63,558 nt of DNA, filler included, from Sphacelaria rigidula (GCA_964200075.2; 9 parts of 9 records of this genome joined end to end with filler, not necessarily neighbours in it); one strand, 5' to 3'. Positions 11,601 to 24,803 are shown, numbered from the whole stretch's first letter. Numbers and translations: made by a program. Notes: generated by a model from the sequence alone, not told the origin.

Positions 11601-13695
11601 CCATACCAAATATCGGGGTCCGACTCCAAGTAAAAAATTGCAGATGTACCTTTGAGAACCCGGGCCGGTAGAAATTCGGAACAGTATTTTGTAGGCCGTC
11701 TATCGGCACACGTTTGGTGTTTCTGTATTGAAACTTTGTGCAGGACTTCGCTCGGTCATGATGAACCAAGAAAATGGACGAGGTTGCTTTTGATTTATTT
11801 CGCTGAATGAGGGCGTTCTAGTGTGGTAACGACATTTTTTTTTGCGAGAACGCCCAAACTTGAAAAATAAAAAAAGAGGCCCGTTTTTTTATTCAGCATA
11901 GCCCTGTGATTCTCCATCCTAAGTTTCGAGTCACAATTTTAAAGATTGAGCTAAAAAATGAGATATGGCCCAAGAGCAGTGTTCATTTCTCCTCAAAACT
12001 CCCGTAAAAACACGAAAAAATTGAAAAAACAAAAACAAAAAAAGCTAAAAGGCTATTTACTTTATTTTACTATGCACTAGCGGTTCTTCATACCAAATTC
12101 CATAGCGTAACTCTCAAAAACTGAGACATGATATTCAGATTTAGGGCATCTAGTACATCTGTTCGTCATATATTGATTCGAGTATGGAACTTTATGTGCG
12201 CCATATCTCGAGATAGACTACGAATTAGGTGAAGGTGAGGGCATCCATCTATCGTCTCCCCGTGCTCCAGGAAAGGTTCACACCAAAAATCGTCATCACC
12301 CTCTGAATGTATCGTTCGGGGTTTCATATAGATTTTAGTGTGGACGCTATCTGCGTACGGTATAGGAATTACTAGACATCGGGTTCAATCAACGAGAAAA
12401 AAACGGCCCATATTTTTTTGCAGATGGGCACCTTCCCCTTGACATTATAATAGGCGATTGATACGAAATGTGGATAACGGCCCAACTCGTCTTTGTCGAT
12501 GAGATATTGCTTTAAAGCTGGCCCAGCTCGTTTAGTCCGCCGAGAAAAGCGAGAAAAATAATCAGCGATTGTGAAGGAGAAAAAAACGAAAAAATACAAT
12601 GAAGTCATCATTTGACGGATGGACAAGACGGGGCACGAGAGCAAGCGACTACACGTGCGTCTTTCAGATCACACACGTGCGCCTTACAGATCACACAGGT
12701 GCACTGCAAGAGAGTGAGAGGGAGGGTTACAACTGGTCTGGAAAATTCACGGGGTTAGATAGATAGATAGACAGATAGATAGATAGACAGATAGATAGAT
12801 AGATAGACAGATAGATAGACAGATAGATAGATAAGACAGATGGATAGCGTCGCGGCGGATTTAAACGATACGTTCTCCCACTCGTAAATCAAATTTGGAA
12901 ACGATAACATGCCAGCACAAGGAAGCACAGGAAGCATAGGCCGAGGGAGCTTATCCTGGGTATTTGAATGTGAGAAGGCATCGTTGACAACGGCCTAACA
13001 ATTATTCGCCTAGTTCTCAAATCTAGCCACATGATGAACATACTCAAACGTGAATAATGGGAAGAACTCGCAAGAGGATTATCGAATAGGTACGAGAACA
13101 AAACAAACAGGCGGTAAATAAGCAATAACGAGCGGGGTCAACAAAGGAAAGCCGACTGACAAGAGACGACAAGCTGGAACGATCCATAGCCCCCGCCCCG
13201 ACAGACAGGAGGAAGTACAAAAAAACAGCCGTGGGAGCAGGTTGCGACCCAGCTATTCGAAAAATTCATTATTACGTCGTCACTGCAAAAAGTAAGCTCG
13301 GCCACAATACAGCACTTACCGCTCTCATCGTCACAGCTTCGTATGATCGCAATTCAGAGTGCAAGTAAAATGATGATTGTGTCATAATCTAGCACTTACA
13401 AGTAAGGATGGAGAACGACAGGTGTAGGCATACTCCAGCTCCAACCGTCACATATATTTATGGTCATAATCCAGCATTCAAGGAGAAACAAATTCCCTAT
13501 GAACAGTACAAAAAATACAGTCATACTCTAGCATTCACCGGCAAGAATGGCGAGCTTGTTGCCGAAGACCTTGTTCACGGACGAAACGCCTCTGCGGGTG
13601 TCGGCCTCATCGATGACGTCATCGTGGAACAGACTAGCCGCGTGAATCATCTCCGTGATCTCAGCCAACCGCAGCTGCAGCGCCTCGTGTCCCTC
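8642..13695 (-). CDS. COQ1: Long-chain trans-polyprenyl diphosphate synthase (COQ1/PDSS1/SPS3-type), partial; exons 13539-13695, 11187-11284, 9293-9433, 8642-8763
   Basis: Spliced translation: ...[82 protein letters not shown]...[19 protein letters not shown].../...[20 protein letters not shown]...[10 protein letters not shown]. Both DDxxD motifs are present and all junctions are GT-AG with consistent phase. Confidence 0.95.
9697..9760 (+). repeat. tRNA-like (SINE-head) relic within a COQ1 intron
   Basis: A-box-like GGTTGTGTAATTGG and B-box GAGTTCGAATCCC at tRNA-like spacing, but no intact acceptor or anticodon stem. Confidence 0.4.
12757..12846. repeat. (GATA/GACA)n microsatellite
   Basis: Tandem repeat read directly from the sequence. 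Confidence 0.95.
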
Positions 13696-14431
13696 CTGAT
13701 TTCATCACCCAAGTTGGATCCAGGACAAAATAAAAAACAGAGGCGTTCGTTCATACATGAAGAGCCCTGGAGAGCAGAGACAGGATGAAAAACACGACCG
13801 TCCACAGTCGGATCCTGGAGGCCCGGAGATTGCGCCGACAAAACCAGAGGAGACGGTAAATACACTAACTTGGGCGTGTGTCCGACACCACAGCATTGTC
13901 TAATCCTCTCGCATTGTTTCTCTTGGGTACTACCTGAAAACACCAAACTTGAACCCAACGATGACATTGAAAAAAAAAAAAAAACTCAAACACATATGGG
14001 TACTGCTTGTTGAATGGAAATCAAAAACAAGTAGAGGGGGGGTGGGAGNNNNNNNNNNNNNNNNNNNNNNNNNNNNNNNNNNNNNNNNNNNNTTAATTAA
14101 TTAANNNNNNNNNNNNNNNNNNNNNNNNNNNNNNNNNNNNNNNNNNNNAATATTTCGCGGAGATATGAACGATTAAAAAAACTTGTATCTTAATTGGCGC
14201 TGTATCTTAATTGGTACATTTCCTTTAATATCGAGATATTGTTCTTTTCGGCACTCTGTTGGAGAAGTTTGGCTGGGGAGAGGGGCCGTAGCTGGAAGCC
14301 AGCTTGGCCTGCAGTCGGGGAGACCAACTTAAAGCCAACTTGGAGCGCATAGCAGTGGAGGACGCTTCGTGGGATGGAGGACGCACAAGTAAGGCATGAG
14401 TCTCTCGGTGAAGTGGTGAATCATAGACGAC

Positions 14432-17400
14432 ATGGCTCAAGCGGCGGCAGCGCCGCTGGTGTTGGGTGGGCCTTGTAGAGCCCTCCTGGACTCAGAACAA
14501 GGTCACAAGACTGCTCCAAGTGCTTCCTCCCTCACTAGGGCTTGGAGACTTCAAGACAGCTGTTGTTCATAAACACACAGCCTTCGTTATCGGAAGTAAA
14601 CACATGCGCGAAGCATGTGATCTTCAAATCCACATAGTCTGCCGATCAGACCCGCAAGTCCGTCAACCAGTAGAAAACGCCTACAGCAGATTGTTCCACT
14701 TGTATATCATCATGAACCTGCACGTACGTGTACTGGAGGTGGACTACTCTACAGCATCCCCCAAAACTCTGCACTACTCAAAGTAGAACGCAAGTTTGAC
14801 AAACAGTAGACACCGACTATCACGTTCATGCTACCTTTGTCCCCCCGGTGGTGACACACGACCTTGTACTGTCATGTTCCACAAAGACATGATAACGTGC
14901 ACAACCCTGAACATCGACACACACACACACAATGTCTCAAGCAAACTCAGGGAAGTCAACCATTCGTCAACGGTAATTTCCACGCATAGCATACTCACAA
15001 AAAGCAAACGTACCAAGTATAGTACTATCTCAACCAGTAGCATTCGATATCATCATATTTTCAAAGCTTCATACCATGCTTTGCCTACAAACGTGCTTGT
15101 ACGTTTTTACGTAGTCCTAACTTACGCAGCTCAGATTTTACAAATTGTGGGGCTCCGTCCAAAATAATTTCCAAAGGCTCCCACGAGTTTTCATCTTGGC
15201 CAAATCCGACCCACTCCACTTGCACATAAAATACATCTCCTGCTTCGTCCTCAGATATACCGACAATAGCCGCCATCTCGAACTCGCCTTGTGCAAAAGC
15301 ATACTGGAACAGCTCCTTAACATCAGCCGTAATATTCAGCTCCTTGTCCGCATAAAACCGAAGGCGGGCGACATGCACATCCTGTACCTCGCCATTCACA
15401 ATGTTCTGTACCCCGTCTACATGTTGTTGTTCCGCCGTCACAATCCGCCAAGGTCCCGTCCACGTACTCACAAGCTTCGGCGTAGTTCCCGAATGCCCCA
15501 CCCTCGCCGCCAGCACGTAATCACCCACCACAAAGTTGGGAAGCTTCCCCGTACTAGCCACACTTCTCTGTAAATCGCGATTCTTGTCGAGACGCTGCGT
15601 CACCTTCTTGTGCAGCTCTTGCTGGGCCTCAACGATTGACGTCCCCTGTCGCCTCGAAGCGTCTTCGTCAAGCACATCGACGCTCCATTTGCCTCCAGTT
15701 GACGACACGCACGCTCGGCGCTAGCATTCTCCGCAAAAATATCCTCCAGGGCACCCCACTGCCCTTCTACTCTTCCCATTGCAGTTTGCTCGTTGCGGGC
15801 CGCCAACGCTTTCCGCACACCAGCAACCGAAGGATAGATCTCTCCCTCCTCCCAGCATTTCGCATGTCAGCCTAGAGCCTCCTTGAGATAATCTTCGGCA
15901 AGCACGGATCCGTCGAATATCGTGCGTGACAGACACGCACGAATGTGCTTCGGCACCAGTACAGTAACAGACAATAAGACGGCATGCATGCTACGTCTCT
16001 TATTGTTCAACTTGACCGCCTCCTCAAACTCGACGTATTTCTGATGAAAACGTCGGGACGCATTTTCGCTAAAATGCCGCCCGTATGCTGGGGCTTTCAG
16101 CGATCCTGCAGGCATAAGCTCAGTAAACTTAAACTTCACTTCTTCGCCTGCATCGCCATCACCCACTTTCTTGCGCGCCGCCATAGCTGCATGCAACAGT
16201 TCCAGCCAACCTAGCCGTATCTCTGTTGTCAGCGAGCTCCCTCACTTTACAGAGTGCACACTACTGTGTACAAATTTTGAAATAATTTCTCCGCAGCTGC
16301 CCACAGGTGAAAAACCTCTTTCAGAAACCAGCGAGTTCCTCTTAATAAACGTATATTACAGAGCCCTCCTGGACTCAGAACAAGGTCACAAGACTGCTCC
16401 AAGTGCTTCCTCCCTCACTAGGGCTTGGAGACTTCAAGACAGTTGTTGTTCATAAACACACAGCCTTCGTTATCGGAAGTAAACACATGCGTGAAGCATG
16501 TGATCTTCAAACCCACGTAGTCTGTCGATCAGACCCGCAAGTCCGCCAACCAGTAGAAAACGCCTACAGCAGATTGTTCCACTTGTATATCATCATGAAC
16601 CTGCACGTACGTGGACTACTCTACAGCCTCTAGAGTCGCCAAAGTATGGCGAAGTGTGGACTGAAGAAGTGTCAAACATTTTCTATGCCAAATATCTCGA
16701 CTATTTAGAGAGGTTGCGTTTAGCCAATGCAACAGGAGTCATATGTCATGCCAGGGTGAGCGTCGGACAACTTATTCCAACATATATTGACCGATGCTTT
16801 GAAGACATGAACGAGGACCGTCGGGCTATGACGCCCGACGAGTTGCTAGACACTGTGAAGCAGCATACCGGGTACCCCACAAACGGCGACAAGCATGACA
16901 CTGCGCGGGCTGCAGTAGACCTACGTAGAGTTCTTACCATGCCACAAAGCGGTGGAATATCCGTGAAGAATGTTGCGAGGATGGTCAATTCATCGATGGA
17001 CACGTTTTTCGAGGAAAACCTCACGGTGCAAGCCATGTACCGTACGGAGGACAGGAGCTGGTTGCCAGGCGCGGCCGAGTCGGTTTTCACAGCTTTGATA
17101 GTCGGGATTTTGCCTTTGATAGTCGGGATTTCGCCTCCGAAATTCAAGGCGGATGTTAGAAGTGTACGAAGGTATGATGACGGCTAAAAAAAGAACCCGA
17201 CGGTGGTGTTCAACAAAATATTTAATGCCGCCGACCACTGGAAGTTCATTGAGGCACATGGTCGGCGCGATTCTGTGTCAAGTGCAGGTAGTGCGCGCCG
17301 CAAAGAGCAACAGCAACATAAACAGCAGCCGTCTTCGCGAGCGTCATCCACTCGCGCGTATTACAACTGCGGCGACACCGGATATCTGATTAAGGACTAC

Positions 17401-20140
17401 CCCAAACCTCGCGCTCAAGACGCTGCTCAAGGAAACGCGCGGGATTCATTAGGATCTCGAGGTGGTCGTCACGGTGGACGGGGTCGTGCCAACCAGGGAC
17501 ACGGGCGCGGCGGATGGTGGTTCCTCCGCCGCTGTTTCTTCCACTACGTCATCAAGTGGTGACTCTGGATCTTATGATTCGTCCGTAGCGGGGCGGACAG
17601 TGTACGTGGGAAATGCAAATACTTCGGTGGGGAGTGCTGGAGCAAATAGTTCGCAACCCCTCGGCCAGGCAGGATCCGTGTCTGGTGCATTTCCTACTGC
17701 TGCGACGGCTGTAACAGCGCCGTCTTCATAGTCGGCGACGTGGTCTGGTTGGACCGACGACTCTCAGTCATCGATGTCAAATGCTGGAGGGCAGCCCTGG
17801 CGTCAGGTGACTCTTGGTACCGACCAGGGTTCTTCGGCAGATGTGGTACCTGTCGATCGCAAGGCTGAATGCTTACCCGCAGATCTTTCCTTGCCTGGCT
17901 CGGCAGGTTCGTTTATGGCCCGCGTTATTGTGGATTCTGGGTCCGCGCTCACGTCGATCGGTGTGGGGTTGCCAGAAGAAATGTCTTCGCAGTTTGGCTG
18001 CGCTCAGCTTCAGATTCCGTTCGAAAACGAACCGCAAACGGCACAGACCGCCACGGGTGCTCCCGTAACGGTTACACATAAATCGGTGCCGATTATTGTT
18101 AGCATACGTACGCCGTGGGGGGCTGTGGAGTTGCCGCCCATTACTTTCGCTGTCATGCCCGATAGGGACAACGGGGTTCTATTTGGGATGGCGACGATGA
18201 AGGAGCTCGGGATTGATTTGTACCCGCTGGCGTTGGATAAGTTACGCCCGCGTGCTGTGCCGGTGCAAACCGACGTTGAAAACCCCAGCTATCTTGCTGC
18301 AAGGCGTGTAACCGTATCCATATGGTCATTTCAGAGCGCCAATAAGGAAGAGGCTCCTGTGGATGAAGCGGTGGAGCGCTTGGTCGATCGGGGGGCTGAC
18401 ATGTTCATGGACCCTGCGGAGGAGAGAGGTGCAAGAGAACGTGCGCTTAAGGATAGCGTACAGCAAGCCGAGCAGAAGGGCCTGAGCGCCGATGGCGCCT
18501 ATCGTCTGCGTGATATTTTGGCTCGTCGCGTGGATGCATTTCGTCGTGCGCTGCGTGGTGATCCAGCAGCACGCGCAGAGCCCATGAGGGTGCACCTTAA
18601 GCCACAGGCAAAGGCGGTGAAGGCCAAGCCCAGACGCTATGACCCGGTGAAGACCGGGTGGCTTGCCTCATGCATCGCAGCTTTGTTGGCGTTAGGTTTA
18701 GTTGGTAGGAACATCCAGGCTGTGTGGGCGCGTCCGGCGATGGCGGTGCCGAAAGGGACACATCCCGTTTGGTCAGCGACTATCAGGCGATGAACGCGCA
18801 AGTGGAACAGTCTCCGGGGGTGATGCCAAGCCAAGAAGACATGCGGGGGTTGCTGGGAGCCCAATGCTTCGGCAACTTGGACCTGCTAAAGGGGTATTGG
18901 CAGATGCCTCTGGTGCCGGAGGCTCAGGATATCTTCACGATCGTCACGCCTGACGGTTTGTTTACGCCTACTCGTGTCCCGCAGGGCGTGTTGAACGCCA
19001 CGGCGTATTTCCAAGGTGTGCCGGCTGACATTTTGGGAGGTCTAGACTGTAACGTGTGGGTGGATGACGTTTTCTATTTGCTGACACCAAAGAAGCCCCG
19101 TTAGCTTTGCTTGATGAAATTCTCGGCCGCTTGGAGAATGTTGGTCGGTTCATCGCTGCGCATAAGTGTACTGTTTTTGCCCGCGAAGTGGTTTGGTGTG
19201 GTAGTGTGTACTTCAAGAGTACTGTTTTGCATGATCCCACCCGCATCCAAGGCTTGAGCAATATGCGACGTCCTCAAACCGCTAGTGAGCTGATGCAGTT
19301 TCTGCAGGCAGTAAATTGGCTGCGGATTTCGCTCCCGCGCATGGCGGAAGTCGTTGCGCCGCTTCGAGTGTTTCTGGAATAACTTGTGATTGGGGCTTTA
19401 CGTCGGACCAAGCGGGTGGCGCGTAATCGTACCATCCCGGGAGACGCTTGGACGGAGGATCGTGTGTGGGCATGGCGGGCTGCGCATGATTTGGTGGCGC
19501 AAGCGGTGCCGCTGTATCATCCTCGTCCAGGGTGCGCTGTTCTGATGTTTCCAGATACTTCGGATTTTTACTGAGGTAGTTTTTTTACGCAAGTGCCTGT
19601 CGCAGAGCTTAGTAGTAGCATTGCGCTCGAAAACATGTCACACGAACCGTTGGCTTTTCTAAGTGGTAGTTTCAAGGGTTCACAGTTGCGGTGGGCAACA
19701 GTGGACAAAGGAGGTTTCGCGATAGCCAATACATTTAGAAGGCTAGAGTACTTGCTTAGGGGTGGTGTTCGCATTTTCACCGATTATCGCAATCTAAAAT
19801 ACATTTTTAACCCCAAAGAGTGTGTCACATCGGTGACGAAGGCCATGACACAATGGCTTGAAAATTGGAAAGGAGTGCTCGGCCAATATCGGTAGGCCAT
19901 TGAAAACTTTCCTGGAGAGAACAATTGTTGGGGAGATTTGTTGTCTCGCTTCGTGAAGGTCCCTACCGTGCCTGTTCGTTTTGTTCCCGTGTACAGCCCG
20001 TGTGATGCCGATGATTCGCTGCTCTCGTTAGATGCCATTCGTACCGCGCAGCGCAAAACAGTCGGCGACGGTGTTCATTCTTTTCGTACGACTTTCGGTC
20101 AAGCTGCTTTGGCTGACGATGGTGCACACGTGGACAAATA
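14432..20140 (+). mobile_element. Degenerate Ty3/Gypsy LTR retrotransposon (gag-PR-RT-RNase H), interrupted by a nested element at 14474-16625
   Basis: gag MAQAAAAPLVLGGP|LESPKYGEVW... is restored across the insertion. Also seen: decayed zinc knuckle YYNCGDTGYLIKDYP, protease VIVDSGS, RT motifs DLLKGYWQ / PQG / WVDD, RNase H FPDTSDFY / FTDYRNL / NCWGDLLSR. Multiple frameshifts and stops; no integrase seen. Confidence 0.93.
14474..16625 (-). mobile_element. Internally deleted chromodomain-bearing Gypsy element with both LTRs (14474-14753, 16357-16625) and a 4-bp TSD (GCCT)
   Basis: Near-identical direct repeats with TGTAGAG...CTCTACA termini. PPT-like AGTTTTGGGGGATGC lies next to the 3' LTR. 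A gag N-terminal ORF (15867-16196) is followed by an integrase C-terminus (KLVSTWTGPWRI, VHVARLRFY) and a chromodomain (VQVEWVGFGQDENSWEPLE) at 15085-15708. Confidence 0.95.
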
Positions 20141-21069
20141 GCACCCTGTAGGACGAGCTGCACAGGGTTCTTCACAGTCTTTGTGAAAACTCCTGTGTAG
20201 CATTTGCAAACCCTAGTACCTGTAATAGCATTTTACATAGCGTTTTTGTCGAAACCCTGCAAGCAACCCTGTGGAGAGGACTTCCCAATTTGGAAAATTC
20301 CAAATTATGTTGCTACAAAACCTGTAAATTTATTTATTTCGGACAGCAGGAGAAGCTATTCAAAACAGATCCTCTTTTCGACCAATTTATTTGGGCAAAA
20401 AATAAGATATATTTCGAACAGCTTCTTCTGCTGCGCAAATCCCATGCACACTCGCAGATTCGGAATTTGAACAGCAGAAAAAGCTCGAAATGAATCTTCA
20501 CTTTGCCCTCCATTTCATCCGGAGATTGGGGGAAAATATATTTATTGCGAACAGCGTCAACTGGGCATATCCCGCATACTGCACCGTTATCAGCATATGG
20601 GATCCGACAAGCAGGAAAAATGTTAAGAATAATTCATCCTTCTGCCCCCCGATCCATGCACATGGGCCAAAGGATGAATTATTCTCAACAGCTTTCGCTG
20701 AATAGAGATCCGACACACTGATTACGATCGAGTGTATGTCCACACGCCTACGAGTTTAGATACTAAGCTTCCGATTAAGACGTGGATACTGAAGTTGGGG
20801 CGTATACCTCGCATATGAAAGCACATTGCTTTTAAAAACCCCGTGGTCCACAGTCTACCAAAATCACTCAACCGAGTATGTTTTTGTTTAGAGAGTTTTT
20901 CGTTCGATAGTTATTAAAATCACAAAATAGTCTTGTCACAGACGTCAATTCAGGTGGCTCAATGGGCAACCTGACGTACTCCTGTGCTCCAAGACGTGAG
21001 GACAATTCTCACCCCTGGCGCTTCTCGACCTTTTTTTTCTGCCAGTACCATGCCTATTCTGTATAGAAC

Positions 21070-21122
21070 AGCAAATTGTGCGAATTGAGGTTTAACTCCG
21101 AGATGAGGTTCAAGCCTAAAAC
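21070..21122. repeat. Young high-copy repeat end at a contig break; same sequence at 56438-56487
   Basis: CAAATTGTGCGAATTGAGGTTTAACTCCGAGATGAGGTTCAAGCCT is identical at the ends of two contigs. Confidence 0.85.
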
Positions 21123-21829
21123 NNNNNNNNNNNNNNNNNNNNNNNNNNNNNNNNNNNNNNNNNNNNTTAATTAATTAANNNNNNNNNNNNNNNNNNNNNN
21201 NNNNNNNNNNNNNNNNNNNNNNTGGTGCGCGGACGGTGGGGGGGGGGCGGCGGGGGGGGGGGGGGGGGGGGGCGATCTTGTATGATGACTGGCCGATGAC
21301 GACCAAGATATTGCGTGGAGGGGGAAGTGAACGGGGACATTACCGGCCATCAGACGGTGCGGCTTTGGAAGCAAGCTTCGACTGCGGACAGATCTTCACA
21401 ACATGAAACGTTCGATAAGATCCACTTGGAAATAAATCCTCGAATAAACACAGACGAGAGGAGCAGTGAGTGAGTGCGTGGAAATGAAACGCACGCTGTC
21501 GCTGGATCAGGTCGCGATTGGACGGTACACGCGTGTAACAGACATCATGACGGGGCAGAATAAAGGAATATACTGCACCCCATATGGGGGTCATCACTTG
21601 TAAGCTGGAACTGGTGATAAAGAGGAGGCGTTTGACTACGAGTATTTCAGTATCTTTCCTGCAGGAGAAAAACCGCTCATTGAACCACAGTCACGAGCGT
21701 TTGCATTGACACACACACACAGACATGTACCCAAAACGACCGCTTCGTGCAAGCCAAAGGGATCAAATCAAGACGCGAAAAACAAATCATCATGTGAACA
21801 CACTCATCGACTTCGAGGAGAATTACTGA

Positions 21830-22140
21830 CCATGAGATCTTCTTTGCCCCGCGGAAATATCCTCGCCACGGTAGCGAAGGAAGCGGCCAATATTGTCGAA
21901 TCGACGCCACAGCTGGTTCGTTTGTTCTCGGTTGAAAGGGCCAACGTGTCCCGTAGGCGGATGATTTCTGCTTCTTTCAATGATTCCTCTTGCTCACCGG
22001 TTGCGCTCGGGTCCGTGATCCTGCGAGGCTTATCAGCCCTCTTCTGTCGGTAAAACGCTCCGAATTCGATGAGCCGCTTCGCCATTTCTTCATCACAGCC
22101 AAACGCCTCCGTGACGGACAACCATGCAGGACTCGCACTC
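21830..22140 (-). CDS. Possible exon of an unknown protein
   Basis: Open frame with protein-like charged composition (EEMAKRLIEFGAFYRQKR...EESLKEAEIIRLRDTL) after a pyrimidine tract and TGCAG acceptor. No recognisable family. Confidence 0.3.
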
Positions 22141-24261
22141 CTGCAGCCACCAAGCGAACAGAACGTAGGGAGAAAACAGAGGGACAAAAATAGATAACCA
22201 ATTGAATGAATAAATAGCGCGATGAGAATTGTTGATGACATGAGTGTAGAATTGCCGGCTAACCTATGGAGATGATAATATTGAGGTATGACCAACCGGA
22301 AGCATTCCGACGTATGCAGGCGTTGTTTAGATTGAAAGCCATTACTGTGCAGTAGAGTGATGTATTTGAAGACCATATTTGATGAGGGCGTACCTACAGT
22401 ATGCAGCTCGTGGTGAGTCATCGAAATAACTTCACCCCGCGATACTGCACTCAACACATTCCATATTGTAGTGAATCTATACATGGGCCTTTCCCATGCA
22501 TCTCCGCGTTGTGACTCCTCAATTTTCCTCGCATTAACTCGAAGCTGTAGCTCGAACGAAGAGTATGGTGTGCGGAGAACAAAGTACTAATTACCCTGAA
22601 GTAACCTGCCTCTCTCATTCCCGAGGTGCCTTGAAAGTCAACTATACACGCAGCGCTTCCTCGAGTAGACCTGTGCACTGAATCCTGGTCACTGCACACC
22701 ATAGATGAGGGAGGAGTCCAATGCCCCCCCCCCCTTCCCCCCAGCCTGGTCCGGCGAAAACCTGGCGCGCTCCGTCCCGGCTTCGTAAGGAGGCGAGGTG
22801 AATGGCCAAATGACTATGGCACGCAAGATCATGAGTACAGCCCCCCCCCCTCATGATGGTGGTCGAGTTAGGCCATATTGTGCTGAGTGGAGAACTTGAA
22901 CTCCGCGCAAAGGGGATGATCGTATTATGCTATGTTTAAATGCTTAGACACCCGTGAAGCAGACTTACTCGTGGCTGTCTCGGAACGCGGCAATACCAGA
23001 AAAAAAAGCAACTCGTTCGAGGCTGTCATCCATATGCGAGATAACCAGTACGGGTCGGGTCGAATATTCTCAGAGCAGGATGTACGTCACCCTTCATTCG
23101 ACTTGCCGAACACACCATTGCGCTTGGCGCTTGGTGATTGAGTGCGAGCCTGGTCCGGCGAAAACCTGGCGTGCTCCGTCCCGGCTTTGTAGGGATGCGA
23201 AATCAATGATCTTATTACTGCGACATGCAAGATCGTGAGTACACCCCTTCCCGCTGATGAGCTCTCCAGCTTCGACTTCCTCAAAAGGCAAGGCTTTACA
23301 CACCCGAAACATTTCGTCATACCGAAAAATGAAAAATGTTGACGAGATCTCGTTCCCAGGGATACAGCGTCCGCCGGCGTGATCTGTGGCCTTGCCGCGA
23401 AAAAAAATCGAGGGGATACACACACCACCAGGGGTGCAATACTCTGTCACCTAACAATCGGTAGCTACCCGGCGGGGGTCGGTCAGTCGCTCACCGTGCA
23501 CGAGCGTGCTGCGCCAACGCGTCGGGCGTACGGGGGTTGCCCGACGACACCCATCCCTGTTTGTCAATTGGAACACCGCATCCACCACGCTTCTTCCGCT
23601 GTTGCTGTGCGGCGGTGCTTTCTCCCTTCATCGCCACCCTCGTGTCCAATACTTGTTCGCAGGTGGGGTTCATTCCGGGGCTATTCTGCAGCATTACTGC
23701 TGCTCCCTTTTTTCGTCGCAGCGTGGAGTTGCAGCAGGCCGACCACGGCCGCATTGTGGGCGGCCGCACCGCTGGGATAGTGGCAGAAAACGACAAATCT
23801 CTAGATAAGTCACTGCTGCTCTGTTGATATTGCTGCAGGGGGAGACTCCTTTTTTGTGCGTGTGGTTGAGGATTGAGGGAGAGAGGGAGCAAAACAAAGT
23901 GCGAGGAAGCGGGTTAACTCATTGAGCGCGCGCAGCCTTCTATCCTGAGAATCCGGCCTCTGGTTTTCCGGCTAGTCCTCGGAGGACGACGATCGCGTAG
24001 GCGTACATGGCCGCCAGTAGGCCGTTTGGTCGCTAGAACCAATGCAGACAGTTTCTGTTTTGACCAATTGGATTGCAAGGCGGAACTATGAGGCAGTAGC
24101 TTGCCTACATATTCAAAGCGCAATAGCTACCCGAGGCTGATTACTCCAACATCGGGAGCTCCTACTCGACCCTCCCGAACGCTCAACGTCACCAGCTACC
24201 GCTTGGGCAGCAGGAATTTGTAATGGGGACAAGCTCACCGCTGCTGTTCTACGCGGCTTGC

Positions 24262-24262
<1 letters not shown>

Positions 24263-24311
<49 letters not shown>

Positions 24312-24332
24312 GCGTGTGCGTGTGTGTGTGTG
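24263..24332. repeat. (TG)n microsatellite
   Basis: Tandem repeat read directly from the sequence. Confidence 0.97.
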
Positions 24333-24803
24333 CATGCTTGCGTGTACATGCGTGTCAATTGGTTGTGCGTATCTTACCCAGTTTGCTGAGGGGTGGTGGA
24401 GAAAATTCCGCTAACCCTGAACGTAACAGTAAAACACTACTGTACCCTATCACACCCGCACGCACCGCTTGCATCACGTATATCTCCATCAATAACGCCG
24501 CGTCATTTAGCTGTTTCACAACAGCGGTGTCTGTTGACCGCATGCATGTACTTTTGTAGCTGACGCTCATCACGACTACTGTGCCGTGCTGTTGAAACAT
24601 ACTGAGACGGCAATGCCGCTATCCACGGCCCATGCTAGAATACGTCTGACGCGCGGCATAGGCTTCGCAACGGCCCTTTCTGTCCTTCTACGAGAAATAA
24701 GTGTCCCGACCACCCGGGAGAAAAAAAGAGAAAAGAGAAAAAGACAGCCGCCTACTGGCTAGAGTAGATCCACACAACAGACCGCACGCCACACAGCACA
24801 GCA

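Noticed and set aside
13408-13788. Plus-strand 126-aa ORF
   Set aside because: It is antisense to a conserved COQ1 exon.
23254-23320. Possible hammerhead ribozyme (CTGATGAG...CGAAAC...GTC)
   Set aside because: Stem II and stem I do not pair convincingly, and the alternative core (CTCAAAA) has two mismatches to CUGANGA. An Infernal search would be needed.
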